The position numbers and the translations under genes were made by a program. From Candidatus Tectimicrobiota bacterium (GTDB lineage Bacteria; JACPUC01), in the NCBI GenBank assembly GCA_016192455.1, contig JACPUC010000008.1:62001-126000 (forward strand): a DNA stretch of 64,000 nucleotides. Direction: 5' to 3'. Of the stretch, positions 18,841-29,178 are shown one piece after another (position 1 is the stretch's first letter; each line of letters opens with the position of its first letter). The notes under the pieces were generated by a model. It saw only the letters and a program-made list of their open reading frames with translations. It was not told where the DNA came from and did no database searches.

Positions 18841-20211
18841 CTACCCCAGCCACTCCTCCAGCTTGCAGCTCTCCACCGCCTGCCGCGGCACTTGCGCCTT
18901 CCTCGGGAACGGCTCGTCGAGCGGCACGGTGGCGTCGATGACCACGCGGTCGGCGCGCGGCATCCCCTTCAGGACGTTGATGTCCTGGTGCAAGCGGGCG
19001 CGCGTGACGACGGCCCAGATGACATCTTCTTCGTTGAAGACATCCACGTCCTCATCCACGACCACAACGAATTGCATATGGTGCACGTGCAGGTGCGGCA
19101 CCATGCCGACAAGCTTGGCGTCCGCCTCGCGCCGCTTCTTGATGGAGACGTAGCAGGTGTAGCGCCCGACGCCGGAGTGCGGCAGATAGACCGCCTGCAC
19201 GCCTCGATAGACGCGCTTGATCTCCGAGTAGATGCCCCCCTCCTTGGCCAGGCTGCCGAGGTTAAAGTGGTCGGCGTGGCCGGGAAAGACGCCCTGGATG
19301 ACGGCCTTGCGGCGGTGCGTGACGGCCGTCACCTCCATGTAGGGGACCGCCACCTGCGGCTGGTAGTAGCGGCTGAACTCGCCGAAGGGGTTCTGGATTT
19401 CGGCGGCGTGGGGCGGGATGACCCCCTCGATGATCATCTCGGCGTCCGCCGGCACCAGGAAGTCATCGCCCAGGCTCGTGGAGGGCGTGAGGCGCAGGGG
19501 CTGCCCCAGAAAACTGCCGAGGGTGCCGTAGTCGTCATTGCCAAACGTGGTAAGGGCACTCGCCCCCAGGGAGAGGGCGGGATGGTGCCCGAGGATGAAC
19601 GCCACCGGAGTGGGCCGCCCGCGCTCCTCGTTCTTCTCCAGGATGGTGAGGAGGTGCTTGCTCAGCTTGCGCTGCAAAGAGACCGTTAGGCGCCGCGGGC
19701 TGAGGTACATATTCTTGCAAAAGGAGATGTCGTAGAACCCGTCATCGGGGTCCTTCATCACCGCCAGCATGGTGAGGTACTGCCCGATATCCTGCTCGTG
19801 GTAACGAAACATCGGCACCGTGGTCATGTTCACGGCCTCGCCGCTGAGCACCACCTCCTTCACCGGGGCGCGGCTGGGGTCCATGACTTCCGGCTCGCGG
19901 TGCTCTTCGCCCCGGCGCGCGAACTCCAGGCTGAGGGGCATCTTGACGGCGCCGCGGGGATGGCCGATGGCCTGGGCGCAGAGCTCGCGGGTGAGGAAGA
20001 GGTTGTAGACGAGGGAGAAGTCGGTCGGGCGGCCCTCCAGGTCCAGCGTCTTCTCGAAGCGCACGACGCGCCGGTCGCCGCGGTTCTCAAGCTGCTGCAG
20101 GATTGCCGCGACGTCGAAACCGCGGGGATCAACCGGGCGGCTCACCCGCAGGACGTCGTTCGAGCCAGCGGCTTCCAAAGTTTGAAAGTACTCGCGCAGA
20201 TCCTTGACCAT
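18841..20211 (-). CDS. UbiD-family (prFMN-dependent) (de)carboxylase
   Basis: MVKDLREYF, APVKEV, VPADAEMIIEG, QNPFGEF, VVVVDEDVDVF..VIWAV.TR. Confidence 0.9.
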   Translation of the reverse strand: MVKDLREYFQTLEAAGSNDVLRVSRPVDPRGFDVAAILQQLENRGDRRVVRFEKTLDLEGRPTDFSLVYNLFLTRELCAQAIGHPRGAVKMPLSLEFARRGEEHREPEVMDPSRAPVKEVVLSGEAVNMTTVPMFRYHEQDIGQYLTMLAVMKDPDDGFYDISFCKNMYLSPRRLTVSLQRKLSKHLLTILEKNEERGRPTPVAFILGHHPALSLGASALTTFGNDDYGTLGSFLGQPLRLTPSTSLGDDFLVPADAEMIIEGVIPPHAAEIQNPFGEFSRYYQPQVAVPYMEVTAVTHRRKAVIQGVFPGHADHFNLGSLAKEGGIYSEIKRVYRGVQAVYLPHSGVGRYTCYVSIKKRREADAKLVGMVPHLHVHHMQFVVVVDEDVDVFNEEDVIWAVVTRARLHQDINVLKGMPRADRVVIDATVPLDEPFPRKAQVPRQAVESCKLEEWLG

Positions 20212-20536
20212 CAAGCCTCTCCCCCACGGGCAGCGGCATCGCACCTTCTCCGATGATCACGGGGAACCACCCGCACCGGCAGCGCCGGGCGCACCCATGC
20301 TTGGCTCCCTCCGCGTCGAGGTAGGATAGCATACTCCTTGCCGGTACGACGTGAAATCGCGCCCTTCGCGTCGTATGGGGAGGGTGACCACGATCACACG
20401 CGCTCCCCCAAATGGGGCCGGGACGATGCAGCGATATCCACTCCCGGTAGCTGGTCTCACACTCTGCCGCGGACCACGCGCATGAGCCTCAGGCGGCAGT
20501 CGTGATTGGCTCCTTCCGCTCTCTGTGAGAACAGCT

Positions 20537-21887
20537 CTACACCGCTGTTTCGCCGAGGATCGCTTCCTCCACCACCCGCTTAGCTTCGTCCAGTAGGCGC
20601 TGGGCTTCGCGGCGGGCGGCGATGGATTCGCGCACGTTGGCGACGATTTTCCGCCGAGTCGCGTCATACGGAAGGGCAATCGGAATCCTCATAAGGTCCG
20701 GAGTCGAAATGGCCGGGTACATACTGGCTGTGGTGTGCACATCAAGTACTTCGCAAACAAGCGGCAGGCGTAGGTAAAGCAGCAGCAGTTCAGGCGCCAT
20801 ATCTTCCCGTGGCTCGAGGACCGCGAAGCCTGATGAACAGACGTAGCCGCTCTGATCCTCGGTGATGATGGCCGACAGTCGGCGGATCGGGCGGACAGTG
20901 GTTGTGATGATGTCGCCTGGCTGAACGACCCACGTTGCCCGGCTCGGCGCCGCCTCGCCGACTACCGCCTTACTGTCCGCTGTACCGCTGCCGGTTACGT
21001 CAGCGATTTCGATGTACTGGAACTGGATGCCGGGCCTGGCTTTGAATCGCTCTTTGGACAGGTTCGCTACGTCAGCGATGATCAAGCCATCGCGCGACAA
21101 AGCCGTGATTAGGTTCTGCATGCGAGGGCTGAAGTATTCAGCGTCGAACCGGCCAGCGGCTTGTGTGTCACCGTAGGACCGCTCGTAATACAACCGAGGG
21201 GTCAAGTCCAGCTTGTCGAGGCCCAACGCTGATTCCAACAGCGCTTCCGCTTCGGAGTAAAGTCGCCGAGAATCCCTACGGCGTGCGTATGTTTCCCTCG
21301 TAAGACTGGCAATTCTATCGTGCTGCGCAGTACGAACGATGCGCAGGGTCTTAATCCTTTCAATGAAGAGATTAAGCTGTACATTGCCGGTCGATTCACG
21401 AAATATCTGGAAACGACCCAACTTGGTATTTAGGAAAGTGGAAAGAAAGTAGGGGTCAAAACCACTACCAGGATTAACTCGTATGATACCAAGGTGACGG
21501 TCAGCATTCGCTGGCAACAGGTCTATAGTCTATAGTGGCCACAGCAGCGTTGCCAATTGTACCGACAGTAATAAGCAAAACATCATCAATCTTCATCTGT
21601 GTGCGCTTATTCGCTCTATGCTTGGCTTCGCTGATAAAGAGCGTATCTCCAAGGGCAAACTCGTTATCCTTGACGCACTTCGCCGACAGGTAACAGACAC
21701 CACCTTCTTCAACGATATCAGGTGATGCATGAATGCCATCAGTAACATAGGCGAAGGCCCCTACCGTTATAGGTTTCATGCGCTCGAGGGAGTTAGCGAG
21801 CGTAAGGTAATCCGGTTTGTAATACTCGGCATCTAGACGTGCAGCAGTTGCCACCTGTGAGAGGGGAATTGCGCTCCACACCGCCAT
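20537..21887 (-). pseudogene. Restriction-modification specificity (S) subunit, frameshifted
   Basis: Two overlapping ORFs (21501..21887, 20537..21517) with RLDAEYY/RFDAEYF repeats and two TRDs; 7-bp tandem duplication at 21521-21534 causes the shift. Confidence 0.85.
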
Positions 21888-24005
21888 TACCCGCCCTCCC
21901 CGTTATCTGAGCAGAAGGCGAAACCTTGTTTTCTTCCCCACTCACGGAACGCATCGGCGATGCCAGGGCGGTCGGGCACAAATGGGAGTTTGAAGGCATA
22001 GGCATCACGAATGGGCCGCCTTTGCGCATCGGTTCGCGCCGCGGCCAGCCGCTGCTCGAGCTGCTTCGCTACATAGGTCCGCAGGTTGAACAGGTCGTGG
22101 TTAACCATCGGGTGGCTGTGCAGATCGTAAAGCCGGCTTCCTTTGTCGTCGGTTAGATAGACATACTCACCGCTTGTGTCCTTGCCACCATGTTGGCTTA
22201 CGGCGAAGAAGATGGGATAGTCATCAACTCGGGGACAACGCAGGCGCGGTGAGGCGCCAGGATCGTCGTTCCATTTCTGTAGGAAGAGGATGCTCGTCTT
22301 GGTCCCGGTATGCGGCTTGAACATGTTGCCGTGCAGGCCGACCACGGCCAGGATGCGGGCGTGTTGGGCAACGAAGTCGCGGATATTCTTGTCGGTGGTG
22401 TTGTTGAGCCGACCTTGTGGCAGGACGATTGCCATTCGTCCGCCGGGTTTCAGGAACTCCAGGTTGCGCTGGACGAACAGGACATCACGGCCAACCTTGG
22501 TCTGCCACTTGCCGTTGGCCTTCTTTGCAAGGTCAAACTGGTGAATGATCCGTGAATCCTTGATGTCGCCAGCAAAGGGTGGATTCGTCAGCCGCACGTC
22601 GAAGGCGAAGTAACGGTAGTGCTCCTGGTTCCAGCGGTCGCGCTGAGGGTCGTCTGGAAAACGTTGCAGGCGGTCGCGTAGGCCAACCCTGACCTCATCA
22701 GGCCAAGTGCGGGGATCCAGGGTGTTGGCGCGGTAAACATTGCTTCGACCATCTCCGGCGATCAGATTAAGGGCTTTGGCGATCTTTATGTTTCGTGGAT
22801 CGAAGTCGATGGCGTAGTCGTGCTCGCGGGCGTACTCGGCCTGCCACGGTGTCGGGCCATTGGCGGTGAACTCGTTGCCCCAGACGTGGAAAATCGTGTG
22901 AACCGTGAAGCCGCAAGACCCAGCGGCGGTGTCAATCACGTACTCGTCTATGCCGGGATTCAGCATCTTCACCGCCATGTCGATGACGTGGCGGGGCGTG
23001 AAATACTGTCCCTATCTTGCGCTTGCCGACCTCGACAGCCAGGTACTCGAAAGCTTCGTCGATAACCTGAAGGTTGCTGTTGAACAGCTTGACGTTTTCC
23101 AGGTAGGACCCACAGGTGACCAAGTGCTCCGGGGTCAAGTCGATACGCTCGCCGTCCAGGAACACGCCTGGCCATTTAACCTTGGAATTGTCGAACAAGT
23201 CGTTGATCTTCTGTTTGAACTCGCTGGGGGTGGCCCCGCTGACCCGGAACTGAAGGTAGCGCCTCTGTCGTTCGCCCTGGGCAGCCTGGGCTTCGTCATA
23301 GAGCTTGGCGTAGATGAGTTTGAAGACTTCCTCGAAGGCGTCCACGCCAGCGTTGGCCAGGACGAGATTCTCCATGTCCAGGATGATCTTCTTCAGCGTG
23401 GTTTGCTCTTTGACCAGGACGTTACCCCTGGCCAGGTCGTCCAGCGTCCAGCGCTCGCCCAGCAGCTCGGAGAGGGTCTGGCCGGCGCGGGGGATATCGG
23501 GAAGATTCTGAAAGTAGTTGGGGTCGCGGCGATGCAGAATGATGGTTTCGCCACCGTTTGTCCAGACGCCGATGGGCGCCCCCTCGGCGTGTAAGTAGCT
23601 CTTGAGCTGTTCCAAGCCGTCGGACCGCTTGGGCTCCTTACACTCAATGATGATGAAAACGGTACCAGGGTCGTCCTTATCCCACACCACGATGTCCGCC
23701 GCCTTCTCATGGACGGCAGATCCGAACTGGACAGGCTTCTCGATGGCGATGCGCTCTGCTGGGTAGCCGTAGTGGTCCATCAGCATTTTCACGTAAAGCT
23801 GCCGCACTACCTCCTCGGGCTTGGCGGGGCGTTCCGTGCCGGTTGCGTAGCATGTCAGGTAGGGCTTGCCGCGCTTTAAGGTGATGGACAGGCGAGCGAT
23901 GGCGTTGGGCTTGAAGATGGTCAGGGCGTGGGTTGAGCCTCGCAGGATTTCATCCACCGATGGCGGATGGTTCGCTTCGTACCGCTTCTTGTCTTCGTTG
24001 TTCAT
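21887..24005 (-). pseudogene. Fused restriction endonuclease / N6-adenine methyltransferase (type IIG/BcgI-like), frameshifted
   Basis: N-terminal PEEVVRQ...ADIVV...IECK nuclease domain; GQYFTPRHVIDM is out of frame after about 23010; DTAAGSCGF and NPPF motifs downstream. Confidence 0.85.
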
Positions 24006-24294
24006 CGTCTTCCTTTCGGGAATCCCAGTCGCATGGCACGAAGCTTGGCCAAAAGCCGGGCAATATCCTGCTCCTGGAGAAAGACAAACATAAGGCCTCC
24101 AGACTCCGGCAACGTCATGTGGTATCCTGCTCTCTCCCACGTGCCGACCGCGGCAGGGCTTACCCCTGAGGTTTTAAGGCCGACTCCCAGAAGAGGCAAG
24201 CCCAAGGGCGACGCCGGCTGGCTGTGTCCCGGGCCTCCGACGTGCTATCTTGCGGCGTTTCCCGCTCCCCACCTCTGCTGAGGAAACCTCGACG

Positions 24295-25158
24295 ATGCTC
24301 GCCCAGTTCCTGGCCCTCTTAGGCGCCGTCACCTTTGCGGTCAATCACATCCTGGTCAAGAAAGGGCTGCTCGCGGGCGCCACGCCGACGGTCTGCACCT
24401 TGGTGAACATCACCTCGAATGCGGTCTGCCTGTGGATCCTCGCCCTCTTCCTCACCCCCCTTGGCGCCCTCGCCGCGCCGCAATCGCTCATCTTCATCCT
24501 CGTCGGCATCCTCGTCCCCGGCCTGGCCCGCATCCTCTTCTTCACGGGCATGGACCGCCTCGGCGTGTCGCGCGCCACCGCCGTCATCGGCGCGGCGCCC
24601 ATTTTCTCGACCATCGTCGCCATGGTGGCGCTGCGGGAGCGTCCGGACCTCCTCACCGCCCTGGGAACCCTCTGCGTCGTCGGCGGGCTGGCGGGCTTGT
24701 CGCTCGAGCGCCACGTGCGCATCACTTGGAAACGGTCCGACCTGCTCTTCCCGCTGGCTTCGGCGCTCCTCTTCAGCGCCCGCGACAACCTGACCCGCCT
24801 CGCGACGCGAAGCTGGGCCTACCCCCTGCTCGGCTCCGCCATCGCCACCGGGGCCGCCACGTTCTTCGTCTTCCTCGTCAATGCGCCGCTCGCCCCGGCC
24901 GGCAGCCTGCGCTGCAACCGCACCAGCTTCTTCTTCTTCGCTCTCTCCGGCATCACCTCGGCGGTCGGCTACCTCTGCTTCTACTCCGCTCTGAGCATGG
25001 CCCCCGTGGTGCGCGTCGCCCCCCTCCTGTACACCATCAACATCTTCAGCGTCATCCTGTCGTACTTCTTCCTGAAGGACTCCGAGATCCTCACGCTACG
25101 GGTGATCTTGAGCGCCCCCGTTATCTTCACCGGCATTCTCCTCGTCACCGCTTTCTGA
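24295..25158 (+). CDS. DMT/EamA family transporter (two domains)
   Basis: About 10 hydrophobic segments; GVSRAT..PIFS..LRER and VVRVAPL..FLKDSE. Confidence 0.88.
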   Translation: MLAQFLALLGAVTFAVNHILVKKGLLAGATPTVCTLVNITSNAVCLWILALFLTPLGALAAPQSLIFILVGILVPGLARILFFTGMDRLGVSRATAVIGAAPIFSTIVAMVALRERPDLLTALGTLCVVGGLAGLSLERHVRITWKRSDLLFPLASALLFSARDNLTRLATRSWAYPLLGSAIATGAATFFVFLVNAPLAPAGSLRCNRTSFFFFALSGITSAVGYLCFYSALSMAPVVRVAPLLYTINIFSVILSYFFLKDSEILTLRVILSAPVIFTGILLVTAF

Positions 25159-25211
25159 CGGCTCCCCGAGCGCGGCGCCGCCCGGCGCCCCCCCCGGCCC
25201 CCGCCAGGCGC

Positions 25212-25634
25212 TCAGAGCACCACCAGCACGCCGCCGAGGATCGTCAGGCAGGTGCCGATGAGGATGCGCCCGGTGATCCGCTCCTCCCGGAGGAACAGCA
25301 TCACCAGGAACAGGGTGACGAGGGGGTAGGTGCTGTTCAACGGCACGATGACCGAGACCTGCCCGTAGCTCAGCCCTTTCCAGTAGAAGTAGGTGCCAAG
25401 GATGCTGCAGACCCCCGATCCAGCAATGGCCGCATAAGCCTGCCAGGTATACCCCCAGGGGGTTAAGCGCAGGCCGAGGAGACGAAGCATAAGGTAAAAG
25501 ACGGGCATGCTGACGATGGGCGCCATCAGCGCGCCAACCGCCGCGGCGCCCCCGAGGTTCACCCCCAGCTTGGCGAAGTTCGGGCTCAGCCCCCAGGAGA
25601 GCGCCGCCAGAAAGGCAAAGAGGTACTTCATCAT
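25212..25634 (-). CDS. Single-domain EamA/DMT protein
   Basis: GQVSVIVPLNSTYPLVTLFLVMLFLREERIT; 140 aa. Confidence 0.85.
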   Translation of the reverse strand: MMKYLFAFLAALSWGLSPNFAKLGVNLGGAAAVGALMAPIVSMPVFYLMLRLLGLRLTPWGYTWQAYAAIAGSGVCSILGTYFYWKGLSYGQVSVIVPLNSTYPLVTLFLVMLFLREERITGRILIGTCLTILGGVLVVL

Positions 25635-25661
25635 GACCCGGATGCTCTCACGCCACGAAGG

Positions 25662-26087
25662 TTACTCTCGCGTCAGGAAGTAGAGGCCCGAGAAGACGAG
25701 GAGGCTGCCCAGGACGATATTCCAGCGCAGCGTTTCCTGGAAGAGGAAGACCGCCGCGATCGGCGCGATGAGCACGCGCGAGGAGCCGATGGCGGTGCTG
25801 ACGCTGGTGCCGATGCGGGAGACGCTGAGGAAATAGAAGGAGCGCCCGCAGAGCGCCGTGAGGAGGCCACTCGCGGTGAAGGCCAGGAGCACGCCGGCGG
25901 GAAGCGTGAGGATGGTCTGCGGCGGGTAGCCTTCCAGGTAGGCCACCACGAGCATGGTGGGGAGCGCCGCGACAAGCGACAGGAAGCCGGCGACGAGGGC
26001 CTGCACCCGGTTCGTCGCCAGCTTGGCGAACAGCCCCGCTGATCCCCAGAAGATCAGGGAGATAAGCGTCAGGAGAATGCCTTTCAT
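25662..26087 (-). CDS. Single-domain EamA/DMT protein
   Basis: FWGSAGLFAK, SRIGTSVST..AAVFLFQE; 141 aa. Confidence 0.85.
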   Translation of the reverse strand: MKGILLTLISLIFWGSAGLFAKLATNRVQALVAGFLSLVAALPTMLVVAYLEGYPPQTILTLPAGVLLAFTASGLLTALCGRSFYFLSVSRIGTSVSTAIGSSRVLIAPIAAVFLFQETLRWNIVLGSLLVFSGLYFLTRE

Positions 26088-26550
26088 GGAGTCCCGCCTT
26101 TCCGCTCCACGGCGAGGAGCGCGCCGCTCTTCCCCTTCGGGCAGCGCCAGGGGAAGGAACCGTCCGGCCGCCCAGCACTCGGGCTTGCCGGCTCCGCAGC
26201 CGCTCCGCTACGGACCTCGGCCTCCTACCATACCTTGACTCTGCCCTCTTTTGCTACCGCCGCGCCGCCCCTCCCGGCAACCCCCGCCGCCCGCGGCTGT
26301 CGAGGCCGCGGGAGCAGCCGGCGGCTGCGCTCCGCCGCCGATGAGCGCGCCCGCGGGGCCTTGCCTCGGTACGGTCATCTGCGCTAGACTGGCTGCTTGG
26401 GTGGCAAAGGACCCTTCCGCATCCAGAAGTTCTCGACTTGCCCGCGGGGGGCGGCATGGCGGAGCCACTTCACAGGGGCGACGCCGCCGCAGCGCTGTCA
26501 TCCCGCGGCAGGGTCTGCGTCTCAGCGCACCGAGAGCGTGGTGAGCCGGA

Positions 26551-27426
26551 ATGTTCCTCGAGCAGGTCGTCAACGGCATCTTCCTCGGCAGCATGTACGC
26601 CTTGGTGGCGATCGCCTTCACGCTCATCATGGGCATCTTCGGCATGCTCAACATCGCGGTGGGCGAGGTGTTCATGCTCGGGGCGTTCTTCGGCATGTCG
26701 CTGATCATGGCCGGCGTGCCCTTCCACTTCGCCTTGCCGCTCGCCATGATCGGCAGCGGGGTGGTAAGCCTGGTCATCGAGCGCCTGTCGTTCCGGCCGC
26801 TCCGCCACGCGCCCCTGCTGGTGCCCCTCCTGAGCACCATCGGCTTCTCGATCCTACTACAGAACCTCGCCAACATCGTCTGGGGAACCGAGCGCCTCGA
26901 GTTCCCGGGCGTGGCGGCGCTCCCCGACCTGAAGCTCGGCAGCATGGTCATCCCCTCGGTGCAGTTCCTGGTGCTGGGGTCGGCCGTGGCGCTCATCCTA
27001 GCGCTGGACCTCTTCATCCAGCGCACGCGCGTCGGGCGCGGCATGCGCGCCGTGGCGGAGAACCTGGAGACGTCCTCCATCCTTGGCGTCGAGCCGAACG
27101 GCATCATCCTCGTCACCTTCTTCGTCTCGGGTCTCTTGGCGGGGGCCAGCGGCGTCTTCTTCGGCCTGACGTTCTCCCTGATCGCCCCGACGATCGGCCT
27201 GGAGGTGGGGCTGAAGGGCATCGCCGCCATGGTCGTAGGGGGCCTCGGCAACATGCGGGGAGGCATCATCGGCGGCCTCCTCATCGGCATCACCGAGACG
27301 TTGAGCGTCGCCTACATCAGCGCTTCATACCGCGATGTCTTCGTCTACAGCCTTCTCTTCCTGGCCCTGATCATCCGTCCCGAGGGCATTCTCGGCACCG
27401 TGCAGCAGGAGAAGGGACGGGCCTAG
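26551..27426 (+). CDS. livH: Branched-chain amino acid-type ABC permease (LivH-like)
   Basis: QVVNGIFLGSMYALVA, GRGMRAVAEN, AMVVGGLG, RPEGILG. Confidence 0.9.
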   Translation: MFLEQVVNGIFLGSMYALVAIAFTLIMGIFGMLNIAVGEVFMLGAFFGMSLIMAGVPFHFALPLAMIGSGVVSLVIERLSFRPLRHAPLLVPLLSTIGFSILLQNLANIVWGTERLEFPGVAALPDLKLGSMVIPSVQFLVLGSAVALILALDLFIQRTRVGRGMRAVAENLETSSILGVEPNGIILVTFFVSGLLAGASGVFFGLTFSLIAPTIGLEVGLKGIAAMVVGGLGNMRGGIIGGLLIGITETLSVAYISASYRDVFVYSLLFLALIIRPEGILGTVQQEKGRA

Positions 27427-27541
27427 GCTGCCGCCCGCGCCGACCTCGCCGCTCCGCCCGCGTAAACCGGCCAGGGGGAGGCGGCGCGGGGGCCACGGCA
27501 CGGCGCGCAAACCCCGGCGGCGTGCAACGGGATACTCCAGG

Positions 27542-28423
27542 ATGTTCAGCTCGTATCAAGAAGGCCTCCTTGTCCTCCTGGGGATCAATGTCCTGACGGC
27601 CTTCAGCGTTTACAGCCCGCTGGCCACCGGGCAGCTCTCGCTCGGCAACGCCGGGTTCATGGCTATCGGGGCGTACATCTCGGCCATTCTGACGCTCAAT
27701 TTTGGAGTTGGCCTGCAAGCGGCGCTCATCCTCGGCGGGCTGAGCGCCGGGGTGAGCGGCGTGCTCGTCGGCTTTCCCGCCTTGCGCCTGCGGGGAGTCT
27801 TCCTCGCCATGGCGACGCTGGCTTTCGGCGAGGTGGTGCGGACCATCTTCCTGAACCTCTCTTACACCGGCGGCGCCTATGGCCTGCGCGGCATGATGGG
27901 GACGACGCTGCCGATGGTCTGGCTCTGGGTCCTGGCGGTCACGCTCTTCTTCTTCCTCCTGATGCGTTCCCCTTTTGGCCTGAACATCCACGCCACCCAC
28001 GACGATGAGGAGGTGGGCGAACTCACCGGCATCAACGTCACCCGGGTCAAGGTGGGCGCGTTCGGCATCGGCGCGTTCATCGCCGGCGTCGCCGGAGGGC
28101 TCTACGCGCACTACCTCCTCTACATCGAGCCGAGCCTCTTTGGGTTCCTCGAGTCGATCTACATGCTCCTCTACGTCATTCTTGGCGGCATGACGACGTT
28201 CTGGGGCTGTCTCGTCGGCGCCGCCGTGTTCACGCTCCTGCCCGAGTACCTCCGCTTCCTCGAGCGGTGGCGCGGCGCCTTCTTCGGCGCCATCATCGTC
28301 CTCATGATGATTTTGCGCCCCCAAGGGTTGCTGACCCGCGAGCTGCTCCGGCTGCTGACGAACCGCCGCGGCCCGACGCAGCCTGAGGAGGTGCCGGCGC
28401 GCGTGCAGGAGGTGGGAGAGTGA
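27542..28423 (+). CDS. livM: Branched-chain amino acid-type ABC permease (LivM-like)
   Basis: GQLSLGNAGFMAIGAY, LRLRGVFLAMATLAFGE, RPQGL. Confidence 0.9.
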   Translation: MFSSYQEGLLVLLGINVLTAFSVYSPLATGQLSLGNAGFMAIGAYISAILTLNFGVGLQAALILGGLSAGVSGVLVGFPALRLRGVFLAMATLAFGEVVRTIFLNLSYTGGAYGLRGMMGTTLPMVWLWVLAVTLFFFLLMRSPFGLNIHATHDDEEVGELTGINVTRVKVGAFGIGAFIAGVAGGLYAHYLLYIEPSLFGFLESIYMLLYVILGGMTTFWGCLVGAAVFTLLPEYLRFLERWRGAFFGAIIVLMMILRPQGLLTRELLRLLTNRRGPTQPEEVPARVQEVGE

Positions 28424-29178
28424 CGCCGCCGCTCCTGCATCTCCAGAAGCTCACGAAACACTTCGGCGGCGTGCTGGCCGTCGAGGCGCTGGACCTTGCG
28501 GTCGCAGAAGGGCAGATCGCCGCCCTCATCGGCCCGAACGGCGCGGGCAAGACGACGGTCTTCAACCTCATCACCCGCGTCCTGCCGGCGGATGAGGGCT
28601 CGGTCCACTTCCGCGGCCGCGACCTTTCGCATCTGCCGCGGCATCGCATCGTGCGGGTGGGCGTGGGGCGGACCTTCCAGAACATCCGCCTCTTCGCCAC
28701 GATGACCGTTCTCGAACACGTCCTGGTCGGCCAGAACGTGCGCCTCCACCCCGGTTGGAAGCGGTTTATCCCGGTGGAGTACGGGGAAGCGAAGCGGCGG
28801 CGCGCCGAGGCCGAGGAGCTGCTGAACTTCCTGCACCTCTGGGAACGCCGCCACTTGCCGGCGGACACGCTGCCCTACGGCGAGCAGCGGCGGGTGGAGA
28901 TCGCCCGGGCCCTGGCCACGCGGCCGGCGCTCCTCCTCCTGGATGAACCCGCGGCCGGCATGAACCCGAGCGAGTCGCGCGCCCTCGTGAAGCTCCTGCA
29001 GACGATCCGTGACCGGCAGGTCACCATCCTGCTGATCGAGCATGACATGCAGGTGGTCATGGACGTCTGCGACCAGGTGACCGTCCTCAACTTCGGCGAG
29101 AAAATCGCCGAGGGCACGCCCAGCGAGGTGCGCCAAGACCCCCGTGCCCTCGAGGCCTATCTAGGACATGACGCCTGA
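28420..29178 (+). CDS. livG: ABC ATP-binding subunit (LivG-like)
   Basis: GPNGAGKTT, RTFQN, LPYGEQRRVEIARAL, LLDEPAAG, EAYLG. Confidence 0.92.
   Translation: MTPPLLHLQKLTKHFGGVLAVEALDLAVAEGQIAALIGPNGAGKTTVFNLITRVLPADEGSVHFRGRDLSHLPRHRIVRVGVGRTFQNIRLFATMTVLEHVLVGQNVRLHPGWKRFIPVEYGEAKRRRAEAEELLNFLHLWERRHLPADTLPYGEQRRVEIARALATRPALLLLDEPAAGMNPSESRALVKLLQTIRDRQVTILLIEHDMQVVMDVCDQVTVLNFGEKIAEGTPSEVRQDPRALEAYLGHDA

Noticed and set aside
20537-24005. R-M cassette as the missing methylase/specificity genes of a MADS system with 47588-49473
   Set aside because: About 23 kb apart, independently inserted and inactivated; no sequence evidence linking them.
24033-24050. TGGCACGAAGCTTGG as a sigma54 promoter
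   Set aside because: The -12 element is GG rather than the near-invariant GC.
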